A stretch of DNA of 62,302 nt, taken from assembly GCA_031556715.1 (NCBI GenBank), contig JAVBSR010000089.1, positions 1-62,302 of the forward strand. Direction: 5' to 3'. The translations under genes were made by a program, and so were the position numbers. Below the pieces are notes generated by a model. It saw only the letters and a list, made by a program, of their open reading frames with translations, had not been told where the DNA came from and made no database searches. Origin of the DNA: Cellulomonas sp. (GTDB lineage Bacteria; Actinomycetota; Actinomycetes; Actinomycetales; Cellulomonadaceae). This document shows positions 10,558 to 21,052 of this stretch, piece after piece (the stretch's first letter is position 1; each line of letters begins with the position of its first letter).

Positions 10558-11349
10558 TCAGTCCTCGGAGCGTTCGTCGGCGGGGTAGAGGACGGCGGCC
10601 CGAGCCCGGTTCATGCCCCGGACGGCCACGCGGGGCAGGACCTGCAGGATGTTCGCGGCGGTCTGGTAGCGCAGCGACGGGGTCGACAGCACCGCGCCGC
10701 GGCGCACGTCGGCCAGGGCGCGGGCCACGACGGACTCGGCGTCCAGCCAGGCCGCCTCGGGGTAGGCGTGCACGTCGATGCCCGCCCGGTCGTGGAACTC
10801 GGTGCGGGTCAGCCCCGGGCGCAGGCAGGTCGCCGTGACACCGGTGCCGGTCAGCTCGGCGGCCAGGGCCTCGGTGAAGGTCTGCACCCACGCCTTGTGG
10901 GCCGAGTAGGTCGACGTCGTCATCAGCCCGGCCACCGAGCCGACGTTGCAGATGGCGCCGCGCCCGCGCGAGCGCATGGCCGCCGCCGCGGCATGGGACA
11001 GCACCATGACGGCGCGGACCATGACGTCCAGGGCGCGTTCCTGCTCGGCCAGGTCGGCATCGACGAACAGCTCGCCGGGGGAGAAGCCTGCGTTGTTGAC
11101 CAGCAGGCCGACAGGGTTCTCGTCGTCGGACAGCCGGGCTGCGACCCGGTCGACGTCCGCCCGGTCGGCCAGGTCGGCGACGACCGCCTCGGTGCGCACC
11201 CCCGCAGCGGCGCGCAGCTGGGAGGCGAGCCGGTCCAGCCGGTCAGCGTCCCGGGCGACGAGGACGACGTCGTGCCGGGCGGTGGCCAGCTGCCAGGCGA
11301 ACTCCAGACCGAGCCCGGCGCTGGCGCCGGTGACAAGTGCGGTACCCAT
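10558..11349 (-). CDS. Short-chain dehydrogenase/reductase
   Basis: TGASAGLG, NNAG, YSAHK. Confidence 0.93.
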   Translation of the reverse strand: MGTALVTGASAGLGLEFAWQLATARHDVVLVARDADRLDRLASQLRAAAGVRTEAVVADLADRADVDRVAARLSDDENPVGLLVNNAGFSPGELFVDADLAEQERALDVMVRAVMVLSHAAAAAMRSRGRGAICNVGSVAGLMTTSTYSAHKAWVQTFTEALAAELTGTGVTATCLRPGLTRTEFHDRAGIDVHAYPEAAWLDAESVVARALADVRRGAVLSTPSLRYQTAANILQVLPRVAVRGMNRARAAVLYPADERSED

Positions 11350-11447
11350 GCCCCCAGACTACGGAACGGTGCGCGGTCCCGACGACTCGTCCCCCGGCAG
11401 GCAGCCGGCCGGCGGGCCCAGCCGGGGGATGCAGGCGTGCCCGACGG

Positions 11448-12008
11448 TCAGCTCAGGCCCAGGTCGGCCAGCGTGTACAGGGAGTAGTAGGGAACCCCGA
11501 GCGCCTCGATCTTGGCCTGGGCGCCGGTCGCCCGGTCCACGATGACAGCGACGGCCATGACCTGCGCTCCCGCCTCCCGGGCGGCCTGCACGGCGGCGAT
11601 CGGAGAACCACCGGTGGTCGAGGTGTCCTCCAGGACCACGACGCGCCGCCCGGCGACGTCCGGTCCCTCGATGCGCCGCTGCATCCCGTGCGCCTTGGCC
11701 TCCTTGCGCACCACGAACGCGTCCAGCGCCTGGCTGCGCGCCGCCGCGGCGTGCAGCAGGGCGTCAGCCACCGGGTCGGCTCCCAGGGTCAGCCCGCCGA
11801 CAGCGTCCACCTGGTCGGGCCCCAGCCCCACCTCGGTCAGCCGGTCCAGCAGCACCTGCCCCACCAGCGGCGCCCCGGCGTGGTGCAGGGTCACCCGGCG
11901 CAGGTCGACGTAGTAGTCGGCCTCCCGGCCGGAGGCCAGCGTGACCTTGCCGTGCACCACGGCGAGGTCACGGATCAGGGTGAGCAGCTGGTCGCGAGGT
12001 GTGGGCAC
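11448..12008 (-). CDS. pyrE: Orotate phosphoribosyltransferase
   Basis: LASG..ADYYVDLRR, VRKEAKAHG, VLEDTSTTGGS. GTG start inferred at 12008. Confidence 0.95.
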   Translation of the reverse strand: MPTPRDQLLTLIRDLAVVHGKVTLASGREADYYVDLRRVTLHHAGAPLVGQVLLDRLTEVGLGPDQVDAVGGLTLGADPVADALLHAAAARSQALDAFVVRKEAKAHGMQRRIEGPDVAGRRVVVLEDTSTTGGSPIAAVQAAREAGAQVMAVAVIVDRATGAQAKIEALGVPYYSLYTLADLGLS

Positions 12009-12063
12009 ACCGCCAGAGTAGTGGGTGGGTGGTGCGGCGCGGTCGGGTCCCGGGTGGGCGCTG

Positions 12064-13455
12064 CTACGCGGGGGCGGGTTGGATGATGGCGACGGCGTCG
12101 GCCAGGTCACGGGCGGGGCGGACCCGCATGCCGTCGGGGACGTCGAGGGAGTCGGCGACGCTGGCCGGGACGATGGCGCGGGTCAGTCCCAGGCGGGCGG
12201 CCTCGGCCAGGCGGCGGTCGACGCCGGAGACGGTGCGGATCTCCCCGGCGAGCCCGACCTCGCCGACGGCGACCATGCTACGGGGCAGGGCCAGGTCCAG
12301 GCGGGAACCGACCACCGCGAGCGCCACGGCCAGGTCGGCGGCTGGTTCCACGGCCCGGGCGCCGCCCACGGTGGAGACGTAGACCTCCTGGTCGGCCAGG
12401 CCCACACCGACCCGTCGGGCCAGGACGGCCAGGACCATGGCGACACGGGAGGCGTCCACCCCCGAGGTGGTGCGACGGGGGTTGGCGGCGTGGGTCGGGG
12501 CGACGAGGGCCTGCACCTCGGTCAGCAGCGGGCGGCGGCCCTCCAGGGTCACGGTCAGGCAGGTGCCGGGGACGTCCGTCGCCGCCTGGGAGCAGAACAG
12601 GCCGGACGGGTCGGCCAGGCCGACGATGCCGTGCTCGCTGATCTCGAAGCAGCCGACCTCGTCGGTGGGGCCGTAGCGGTTCTTCGTGGCGCGCAGCAGG
12701 CGCAGCCGGGAGGTGCGTTCGCCCTCGAACTGGCAGACCACGTCGACCAGGTGCTCCAGGGTGCGGGGGCCGGCCACCGACCCGTCCTTGGTGACGTGCC
12801 CGACGAGCACCACCGGCATGCCGCGGGCCTTGGCCGCGGCGATGAGCGCGCCGGCCACCTCACGCACCTGGGACACCCCGCCGGGAGCCCCGTCCACCTG
12901 CGCGGACGCCACGGTCTGCACCGAGTCGACGACGAGCAGCCCCGGCTCGCACGCCGCCACGTGGCCCAGCACGGCGGCCAGGTCGCACTCCGCGGCCAGC
13001 AGCAGCCGCTGGTCCAGCGCCCGGATGCGCCCGGCCCGCAGCCGGACCTGCGCGGTCGACTCCTCCCCGGTGACGTACAGCACGGTGCGGCCGGCCCGGG
13101 CAGTCTGGGCGGCGACGTCCAGCAGCAGGGTCGACTTGCCCACCCCCGGCTCCCCGGCCAGCAGCACCACCGCGCCGGGGACCAGGCCGCCGCCGAGCAC
13201 CCGGTCCAGCTCGGCCACCCCGGTGGTGCGGGCCTGGGCCGCGTGCGCCGCGACCTCGTCGATCGGGCAGGCCGGCACGGTCGGCACCACCGTCGGCGTG
13301 CTCCGGGTCGGCCCCTGACCGGCCGCCCCGGTCTGCTCGACGGTGCCCCAGGCCTGGCACTGGGGGCAGCGGCCCACCCAGCGGGGGGCGGCCGCGCCGC
13401 ACTGCCCGCACCGGAACCCAGGCCGGGGCGGGCGGCGCGTCGTCGTGGTGCTCAT
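12064..13455 (-). CDS. radA: DNA repair protein RadA/Sms
   Basis: C4 zinc finger, GEPGVGKST, KNRYG, Lon-like C-terminus. Confidence 0.96.
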   Translation of the reverse strand: MSTTTTRRPPRPGFRCGQCGAAAPRWVGRCPQCQAWGTVEQTGAAGQGPTRSTPTVVPTVPACPIDEVAAHAAQARTTGVAELDRVLGGGLVPGAVVLLAGEPGVGKSTLLLDVAAQTARAGRTVLYVTGEESTAQVRLRAGRIRALDQRLLLAAECDLAAVLGHVAACEPGLLVVDSVQTVASAQVDGAPGGVSQVREVAGALIAAAKARGMPVVLVGHVTKDGSVAGPRTLEHLVDVVCQFEGERTSRLRLLRATKNRYGPTDEVGCFEISEHGIVGLADPSGLFCSQAATDVPGTCLTVTLEGRRPLLTEVQALVAPTHAANPRRTTSGVDASRVAMVLAVLARRVGVGLADQEVYVSTVGGARAVEPAADLAVALAVVGSRLDLALPRSMVAVGEVGLAGEIRTVSGVDRRLAEAARLGLTRAIVPASVADSLDVPDGMRVRPARDLADAVAIIQPAPA

Positions 13456-13575
13456 GGGCCGAGGCTAGGTGCGAACACCCACACGTCCGCCTCACCCGGC
13501 GCGCACCCTCCGACTGGCCCCCCGCCGGGGGCGGGCCTGGGTAGGCTGTCGGGCACAAAGTTCAAGGAGCGTCCT

Positions 13576-14262
13576 ATGTCATCGGCTTCCTCGCCTGGCG
13601 CGCGCCCGAGGCGGAGCCTGCTGCCGACCCGCCGCCCGCCCGGCACCGAGTCGGCCGGGACGCCGCAGGTGCCGCGCATGCCCTCGGGGCGGCGCGGTCA
13701 GCCGCGCCGGCTGGTCCTCATCGCCATCGCCGTGGTGGTGGTGATCATCGCCGTGGCGGCCTGGCTGGTCGTCGGAGGCCGCGGCGCACCGGCAGCGACG
13801 ACGACGACGCTGCACGTACCGTCGCCCACACCGACCCTGAGCCCGGCCTCGCGCCCGGACACGCCCTTCGCCGCGACCCTGCCGACCACGGTGCTGCAGT
13901 ATGCGCTGACCTCGTCGGGCGACAACGGCGAGTGGACGGCCGCCGGGGCGCTGGAGGCGTACCTGGACGAGTTCAGCGACGGGGGGTCCGGCACCCTGAC
14001 GCTGCGTTCCGGCCAGTGGGCCACCCGGGACGAGGCCCAGACGGCGTTCGCCGCGTTCACCGCGGGGGCTGCGCCGCTCGAAGGGGGGAGTCTGAAGCCG
14101 ACCGGCACGGTCTTCGTCGACGACGCCGACGTCGGCAGCTACCTCGTCGCCGACGCCGGTGAGGGCAACGCCACGGTCACCTGGTCGAACTCCACGGCTG
14201 TGCTCCAGCTCACCGGGCCGGTCGACGAGGTCGAGCGGGCCTACCAGGCCTTCCCGCTGTAG
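13576..14262 (+). CDS. Hypothetical single-TM membrane-anchored protein
   Basis: AAGGAG RBS before ATG 13576; one TM helix followed by a Thr/Pro linker. Confidence 0.7.
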   Translation: MSSASSPGARPRRSLLPTRRPPGTESAGTPQVPRMPSGRRGQPRRLVLIAIAVVVVIIAVAAWLVVGGRGAPAATTTTLHVPSPTPTLSPASRPDTPFAATLPTTVLQYALTSSGDNGEWTAAGALEAYLDEFSDGGSGTLTLRSGQWATRDEAQTAFAAFTAGAAPLEGGSLKPTGTVFVDDADVGSYLVADAGEGNATVTWSNSTAVLQLTGPVDEVERAYQAFPL

Positions 14263-14369
14263 CTCCACCGGTCCGGGGCGCGCTGGCTGTCGCGGCCTGC
14301 ACGAGGTGTCTACACGTCCTCCCCGAGCCGGCCTGCCGACGACCGGGGACCGCCCGCTACCGTGTCAGG

Positions 14370-15323
14370 GTGCTCATCGACTCGACTGACCGGTTCGTCC
14401 GGCCGCCCCGGACGGACAGGCGGTGCGGTCGGCGGACGTGCGCGGTCGTCGCCGCGGTGACCGCCGCCCTGTGCGTCGCGGGCGTGTGGGCGGCCTACCG
14501 GGTGTTCGTCGTGCAGCCTGACGGGCGCTGGATCGACCAGCTGGTGATGGACGGTGCCCAGCGTGGCCGTGGGCGCCTGTGGCAGTACGCCGAGCAGGTG
14601 CTCGAACCGGTCTCGGTCGCCTACGGGGCGGTCGGGCTGGTCGTCATCGTCTCGATCGCGGCCCTGCGCCGACGTTGGCGGCTGGCCCTCCTGGGGGCGC
14701 TGCTGCTCGGCGGTTCGACGGTGACGACCCAGGTGCTCAAGCGGGTGGTGCTGACCCGCCCGGCGCTGGGCGACGGCCTGAACGAGACCAACTCGCTGCC
14801 GTCGGGGCACACCACGGCCGCGGCGGCGACGTGCGCCGCGCTGCTGTTCGTCGTGAGCCCCCGGTGGCGCCCGGTGGTCGCGGTGCTCGGTGCGGTGTAC
14901 ACGGCGGTCACCGGGTGGTCGACCTATGTCGGGCACTGGCACCGGCCGTCGGACGTGCTGGCCGCGGTGGCCGTGGTCACCGGCTGGTCGGCGGTGGCGT
15001 GCCTGCTGCTCGTCGTGCCTGGCCCCGACCCCCGGCACCCGTCCGACCGTGGGGCTGTCGACCCGGAGGCGGGTCGGCGCCTGACGACGTGGACCCTCGT
15101 GCTGCTGGTCACCGTGACGCTGGTCAGCCTGGTGGTGCTGCTGGTCACCGCGATGGCGCTGCACGACGCCATGGGCGGGACGCTGGGCGGCCAGGCCGGG
15201 CGTCGGGCCGAGCTGCTCGCGTACGGTGGCGGCGTGGTCGCCACCGTCGGGGGGGTGTGCGCGATGGTGGCGGTCCAGCTGGCGTTGCGTTCAGCGGTCG
15301 GGCGCGTGCGGTCGGACGAGTGA
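14370..15323 (+). CDS. PAP2 family membrane phosphatase
   Basis: K......RP, SLPSGH, WHRPSDV. Confidence 0.88.
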   Translation: MLIDSTDRFVRPPRTDRRCGRRTCAVVAAVTAALCVAGVWAAYRVFVVQPDGRWIDQLVMDGAQRGRGRLWQYAEQVLEPVSVAYGAVGLVVIVSIAALRRRWRLALLGALLLGGSTVTTQVLKRVVLTRPALGDGLNETNSLPSGHTTAAAATCAALLFVVSPRWRPVVAVLGAVYTAVTGWSTYVGHWHRPSDVLAAVAVVTGWSAVACLLLVVPGPDPRHPSDRGAVDPEAGRRLTTWTLVLLVTVTLVSLVVLLVTAMALHDAMGGTLGGQAGRRAELLAYGGGVVATVGGVCAMVAVQLALRSAVGRVRSDE

Positions 15324-15398
15324 GCCAGTGCCGACCAAACTGCCGTGAGGCCGTAGAGTCCTCCGCGGGTGCAGCCGAACAGAGGTGACGTAGGAGCC

Positions 15399-18110
15399 AT
15401 GACAGCGAGACGCAAGCTGGTGATCGTCGAGTCGCCGGCCAAGGCACGGACCATCGCCGGGTACCTCGGTGACGACTACGACGTAGAAGCCAGCGTCGGG
15501 CACATCCGTGACCTGCCGCAGCCGTCTGACCTGCCTGCGGACATGAAGAAGGGCCCCTACCGCAAGTTCGCGGTCGATGTCGACAACGGTTTCGCGCCGT
15601 ACTACGTCGTCGACTCGGACAAGAAGAAGAAGGTCGCCGAGCTCAAGAAGCTGCTCAAGGAGTCCGACGAGCTCTACCTGGCTACCGATGAGGACCGCGA
15701 GGGCGAGGCCATCGCCTGGCACCTGGAGCAAGAGCTCAAGCCGAAGGTGCCGGTGCGCCGGATGGTCTTCCACGAGATCACCCGCGAAGCCATCACCCGG
15801 GCGCTGACCAGCACCCGCAGCATCGACCAGCACCTGGTCGACGCCCAGGAGACCCGGCGGATCCTGGACCGTCTGTACGGCTACGAGGTCTCCCCGGTGC
15901 TGTGGCGCAAGGTCCGCCAGGGCCTGTCGGCGGGCCGTGTGCAGTCGGTGGCCACCCGCATGGTCGTGGAGCGCGAGCGCGAGCGCATGGCCTTCGTCGC
16001 CGCCGACTACGCCGACGTGACCGGCACCTTCGCGGTGGAGGACACAGCCGAACCGTCGTTCGCGGCCCGTCTGGTGGCCCTGGACGGGGTGCGGGTGGCG
16101 ACCGGCCGCGACTTCGCCGACACCGGTGCGCTGGCCACCGCGAACGTGCGGCACCTGTCGCTGGCTGACGCCCAGCTGGTGGTCGACGGGCTGGAGGCTG
16201 CGGCGTTCGCCGTGGCGTCGGTCGACACCAAGCCGTACACCCGTCGTCCCGCCGCGCCGTTCACCACCTCGACCCTGCAGCAGGAGGCCTCCCGCAAGCT
16301 GCGGCTGAGCTCGCGGGCGACGATGCGCACCGCCCAGACGCTGTACGAGAACGGGTACATCACCTACATGCGCACCGACTCGCCGGTGCTGTCCAGCCAG
16401 GCCATCGCCGCCGCCCGCCGCCCGGCGGCCGAGCTGGACGGGGAGGAGTACGTGCCGGACGCCCCCCGGGTCTACACCTCGAAGGCCAAGGGCGCGCAGG
16501 AGGCGCACGAGGCGATCCGGCCGGCCGGTGACCAGTTCCGCACGCCGGCCCAGGTCGCCTCCGAGCTGTCCGGTGAGACGTTCCGGCTCTACGAGCTGAT
16601 CTGGAAGCGCACCGTGGCCTCGCAGATGGCCGACGCCCGGGGGACCACCGCCTCGGTGCGGCTGAGGGGCACCACCGGGCAGGCCGCCGCAGCGCTGGCC
16701 GGCCAGGAGGCGACGTTCGGCGCGTCCGGCACCGTCATCACGTTCCGCGGGTTCCTGGCGGCCTACGAGGAGGGCCGCGACGCTGCCCGCTACTCCGACA
16801 CCGAGGACGCCCGCCTGCCTCAGATGGCCGTGGGCGACCCGTTGACCGGCACCGACCTGGCCGCGGAAGGCCACCGCACGTCGCCGCCGCCGCGCTACAC
16901 CGAGGCGTCGCTGGTCAAGGCCCTGGAAGAGCGGGGCATCGGCCGCCCGTCGACCTACGCCTCCACCATCTCCACCATCGTCGACCGCGGCTACGTCAAC
17001 ACCCGGGGTCAGGCACTGGTGCCGTCGTGGCTGGCGTTCGCGGTGGTGCGGCTGCTGGAGGAGAACTTCGACCGGCTGGTCGACTACGGTTTCACCTCCA
17101 CCAGGGAGGCCGACCTGGACGAGATCGCCGCCGGGCAGCGGGACCGGGTGGCCTGGCTCACCCAGTTCTACTTCGGTGACGGCACCGCGACCGGTCAGGG
17201 CCTGCGTGACCTGGTCGCGAACCTCGGGGAGATCGACGCCCGGGCCATCAGCTCGATCGACATCGGCGACGGTCTGGTGGTGCGGGTCGGACGGTACGGC
17301 CCCTACCTGGAGGTACCGGCCGAGGCTGGTGACGAGACGGGCGAGGAGGCCAAGCCCCGGCGTGTCTCCGTCCCAGAAGACCTGGCTCCCGACGAGCTGA
17401 CCCCGGACAAGGCCCGCGAGCTCATCGCCGCCGAGCCGGAAGGAGACCGGGTGCTGGGTGTCGACCCGACCACCGGCACCACCCTGGTGGCGAAGAAGGG
17501 CCGCTACGGCCCCTACGTCACCGAGCTGCTGCCCGAGCCGGAGCTGGACCCGTCGCTGTCGGCCGCGGCTCGCAAGAAGGCCTTGGCGGCGCTGCCCAAG
17601 CCGCGCACCGCGTCATTGTTCAAGGACATGGATGTCAACACGGTCACCCTGGAGGAGGCGCTGACGCTGCTGTCGCTGCCTCGCGTCGTGGGCACCGACC
17701 CGACCAGCGGCGACCAGATCACCGCGCAGAACGGCCGCTACGGCCCGTACCTGAAGAAGGGCACCGACTCGCGCACCCTGGCCAGCGAGCACCTGCTGCT
17801 GACCATCACCCTGGCCGAGGCGCTGGAGGTCTACGCCCAGCCGAAGCGCGGTCGCGGTGCCACGGCGGCCCCGCCGCTGCGCGAGCTGGGCCCAGACCCG
17901 GAGTCGGGCAAGCCGATGGTCGTCAAGGACGGCCGGTTCGGCCCCTACGTCACCGACGGGGTGACCAACCGCACCCTGCCGCGTGACACGACTCCGGAGT
18001 CGATCACCCCGGAGCAGGCGGCCGAGCTGCTCGCTGCCAAGCGCGCCGCCGGTCCGGCGAAGAAGCGCACCGCCACGCGCACCCGGGCCAAGGCTGCGAC
18101 GAAGTCCTGA
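15399..18110 (+). CDS. topA: DNA topoisomerase I
   Basis: VIVESPAK, ATDEDREGE, SAGRVQS, ITYMRTDS, QEAHEAIRP; C-terminal GRYGPY repeats and basic tail. Confidence 0.98.
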   Translation: MTARRKLVIVESPAKARTIAGYLGDDYDVEASVGHIRDLPQPSDLPADMKKGPYRKFAVDVDNGFAPYYVVDSDKKKKVAELKKLLKESDELYLATDEDREGEAIAWHLEQELKPKVPVRRMVFHEITREAITRALTSTRSIDQHLVDAQETRRILDRLYGYEVSPVLWRKVRQGLSAGRVQSVATRMVVERERERMAFVAADYADVTGTFAVEDTAEPSFAARLVALDGVRVATGRDFADTGALATANVRHLSLADAQLVVDGLEAAAFAVASVDTKPYTRRPAAPFTTSTLQQEASRKLRLSSRATMRTAQTLYENGYITYMRTDSPVLSSQAIAAARRPAAELDGEEYVPDAPRVYTSKAKGAQEAHEAIRPAGDQFRTPAQVASELSGETFRLYELIWKRTVASQMADARGTTASVRLRGTTGQAAAALAGQEATFGASGTVITFRGFLAAYEEGRDAARYSDTEDARLPQMAVGDPLTGTDLAAEGHRTSPPPRYTEASLVKALEERGIGRPSTYASTISTIVDRGYVNTRGQALVPSWLAFAVVRLLEENFDRLVDYGFTSTREADLDEIAAGQRDRVAWLTQFYFGDGTATGQGLRDLVANLGEIDARAISSIDIGDGLVVRVGRYGPYLEVPAEAGDETGEEAKPRRVSVPEDLAPDELTPDKARELIAAEPEGDRVLGVDPTTGTTLVAKKGRYGPYVTELLPEPELDPSLSAAARKKALAALPKPRTASLFKDMDVNTVTLEEALTLLSLPRVVGTDPTSGDQITAQNGRYGPYLKKGTDSRTLASEHLLLTITLAEALEVYAQPKRGRGATAAPPLRELGPDPESGKPMVVKDGRFGPYVTDGVTNRTLPRDTTPESITPEQAAELLAAKRAAGPAKKRTATRTRAKAATKS

Positions 18111-18331
18111 CCCGCCGCGCCGCGGCGCGGGCTCGCCTTATACACCGTCGTCGGCCGCGGCGGGCGGCTATGTCGGCTGTCCACCGGAAGGTGTCGTCGT
18201 TGTCCCTCGAACGGTGGGGTCGCGCCCTGGCAACTTGCAAAACCTCCCGGTATGCCGGAAAAATCCCTGTTTGACAGTATCGACGTGTCCTGCCGAGCCC
18301 GGTGCCGGGACGGCGAGGAAGGGTGGCGGCC

Positions 18332-19471
18332 GTGAACCATGTGTCTGGTGTGCTGAGCCAGGCACCGGACGTCTCGTCACCCGCTGACGACGACCAGACC
18401 ACCGGTTACCTGCGCCGTCGTCACTGGCGGATGATGAGCGGGATGCTCATCACCCTGGGCGGGGTGGCACCGACGGTGACCGCGCTGATCGGGGCGCTGA
18501 CCACGGGGCGCTGGGTGTGGTGGTTGGGCCTGGCCGTGGTCATGGCTCTCATGGCCTGCGCCACGGCGTTCGCCAGCCTGAACAACGACCAGGTGCAGCG
18601 CTCCGCGCGCGCTCTGGAGCTGGCGACCTGGTTGCTCATCGTGACGTTCGGTGCCGGGGCGGTCGGGGTGGTGCTCGGCATCGTCGAGGTGGTGTCGCTG
18701 CGCACCTGGTGGGTGGTGGCCGAACCCCTGTCCGCCGCGACCGGGGCCTGCCTCGTCGCCTGGCTCGGGTTGACGACCATGCACTCGCTGAGCCACGCCC
18801 CCAGCCCCGGGGTCGACCTGCTCACCCGGTCGCAGAAGGAAGACGTCGGACGGCTGCTCGCCCTGTCCGGGCCGTGGTGGCTGCCCCGGACCCGGCTGAT
18901 GCTGCTGGCTGTCGCGCTGGGCTGGGCGGGGCCGTTGCCGGGCCTGGTGGCTGTCTTCCCCTGGTCGGGCCTCACCACGTCCAAGGTGGCCGTGGTTGCC
19001 GGTGTGGTCGCCTGCCTGCTGCTCGGCGGGTTCTCCGCGCTGGCCGCCAGCCGGATCAACCCGGCGTCGGCCTGGGCCATCACCCAGACCAAGCTGCTGG
19101 TCGTGCTGACGCTGGTGGCGAGCGCCGGGGCGTTCGTCGTCGGCGGACCGGTCGCGATGTCGGTGGGTGCACAGCTGGCCGCTTCGCTGATCCTGTCGTG
19201 CACGTCGTTGGCCTGCGTCGCGACAGTCGTGCTGATCCGCCAGATCTGGGCCACCTCGTGGGCGGTGTGGCGAGCCCGGACCGGCCTGCTCGGTGACGAG
19301 GTCGCCCAGTGGGTGGCCGAGTTCGACGGGACCCTGGCGCTCCCCTCCGTGGCGGACGCCGTCCCCGGTCGGCTGCCGCACGGACGCCTCCGTGACCAGC
19401 TGCGGCGCCTGCTGTGGCCGGTGCGCGGCAAGACGTTCAGCGCCGAGGTGGCGCAGCCCGCGGGCAAGTAG
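18332..19471 (+). CDS. Hypothetical multi-TM membrane protein, paralog of 49053-50090
   Basis: About 8 hydrophobic segments; shares several motifs with 49053-50090. Confidence 0.7.
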   Translation: MNHVSGVLSQAPDVSSPADDDQTTGYLRRRHWRMMSGMLITLGGVAPTVTALIGALTTGRWVWWLGLAVVMALMACATAFASLNNDQVQRSARALELATWLLIVTFGAGAVGVVLGIVEVVSLRTWWVVAEPLSAATGACLVAWLGLTTMHSLSHAPSPGVDLLTRSQKEDVGRLLALSGPWWLPRTRLMLLAVALGWAGPLPGLVAVFPWSGLTTSKVAVVAGVVACLLLGGFSALAASRINPASAWAITQTKLLVVLTLVASAGAFVVGGPVAMSVGAQLAASLILSCTSLACVATVVLIRQIWATSWAVWRARTGLLGDEVAQWVAEFDGTLALPSVADAVPGRLPHGRLRDQLRRLLWPVRGKTFSAEVAQPAGK

Positions 19472-20265
19472 CCCAGGGACCGCCGGCGACAATCCCCCGG
19501 CACAGCACCGTTGGACCGGTTCCGCGGCCAGGTGGCGTACCCACGGGGCGTGCTGCCCAACGTCGCGGTCTCGGCCGGGTCTCGCCACGGGGCGCGAAAG
19601 GACCACCCGTGCGCGACACGCAGCACGGCGCTTCTGCAGGTTTGCCACTGGGCCCCGCACACCGTGAGGTTCCCGTGCGGCTGCGAACCTGCTGTTCAGA
19701 GCGTTGTGAGATGCCTGGGTGTCGGCACCGTGCGGGCATCCACAGAAACCGGGATTCCCGGCGCCTGTCAAGGTGAGCCCGATCTGCGGCTCGCAGGTCA
19801 GGCGACGCTTCCGGCTCGTCCCGGTCACCGCGCCCGTGGCGTGGCATGGCGCGGTGGCTGGTGCTGACGGGGCCGGGTGGGCGCACGGTGCTGGCCTGGT
19901 CCCGGCACGGCAGGACTGCCAGTAAGAGTGGAGGCCGCTCGGGTGCAGCGATGTGTCTGAGCCGTGCGACGTCGATCTTCTCGCCGGTGAGCATCGGGTG
20001 CACTACAGCTCCGTCGTGCAGTCAGGCTCGGCGTGTCTGCCCACGTGCGATAGATACGGCCAAGCATAGTAGTCCACCGCGCTTCCCCATACCTGATGTG
20101 CGGAAGACACCCGATCGAGGTACAAGGTGTCCCCGGATCCGGGGACGTCCGGTTTGTTCCGAACGTCGCGTTGGCCCGGTAGAGTGACGGCGATCCGGGC
20201 GAAACCAAGTCAACCAGAAGAGTTCAGCCAACGGTCGTCGCCGGTCATGCCGGAGTGACGCGTCG

Positions 20266-20294
20266 GAACGATCAGAACGATCAGAACGGAGAAC
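20266..20294. repeat. 9-nt direct repeats upstream of the tad operon
   Basis: GAACGATCA GAACGATCA GAACGGA GAAC, about 100 nt before the SAF gene. Confidence 0.6.
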
Positions 20295-20389
20295 AGTGTG
20301 ACAGACAGCCTGGTGCGGTCTGGTGGCGACTGCGGTCGATGCGTGAAGTCCCTGGTGAGGTTCGGCGCAGGAGTGACAGAGGAGTCTCG

Positions 20390-21046
20390 ATGACGAACGT
20401 CAGGTCGACCGTGCCCCGTGCGGGGTCGGTGCCAGAACAGGCGGCGCTGGTGCCTCTGCCGCCCAAGGCGAGGAGGCGATGGGGGCTGTTCGCAGCCGGC
20501 GTTCTGGTCACGTGCCTGGGTGTTCTCGGGTCAGTGTGGCTTTATCAGTCAACCACGACGGCGGTATCGGTGGTGGCCGCAAGCCACACCATCGAGCGTG
20601 GTCAGAAGATCGACCGAAACGACCTGGTCGTCGTTCATGTCGAGAAGGACCCGGCGTTGCGGACCGTGTCGGGAGATGACCTGGATTCTCTGGTCGGCCA
20701 GCGCGCGCTGTTCGACGTCGCGGAGGGCTCCTTGCTGACGCCGCAGGCCGTCGGTGAGACCAGCCTGCCCGGTCGGGGCATGTCGGTGATCGCGGTGCCG
20801 GTGGGGCCGGCGTTGGTGCCGACCGGACTGATGGCCGGTGACGACGTCCGGTTCGTCCCTGTCGGCTCCGGCGGCCAGTCTGGTGCGAGCGAGCCGGTCG
20901 CGGCGCAGGTCGTCGAGGTCCGTCCAGCCTCGAGCGACTCCTCCAAGGTCGTGGTCGAGGTCACAGTCCCGGACGGGTCGGCTGCTGCGCTGGCGGCGCT
21001 GGTCGGGAACGACGTCGCGGTGATCCTCGATTCCAGGGATCGGTGA
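20390..21046 (+). CDS. SAF-domain protein (CpaB/RcpC-like pilus assembly protein)
   Basis: GAGGAG RBS; TM helix followed by SAF-like VVAASHTIERGQKI..DL and LVGQRA..DVAEGSLL. Confidence 0.85.
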   Translation: MTNVRSTVPRAGSVPEQAALVPLPPKARRRWGLFAAGVLVTCLGVLGSVWLYQSTTTAVSVVAASHTIERGQKIDRNDLVVVHVEKDPALRTVSGDDLDSLVGQRALFDVAEGSLLTPQAVGETSLPGRGMSVIAVPVGPALVPTGLMAGDDVRFVPVGSGGQSGASEPVAAQVVEVRPASSDSSKVVVEVTVPDGSAAALAALVGNDVAVILDSRDR

Positions 21047-21052
21047 CCGGGC

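Noticed and set aside
20190-20260. c-di-GMP riboswitch-like GGCGAAACC in the tad leader
   Set aside because: Could not build the required paired stems by eye; needs an Infernal scan.
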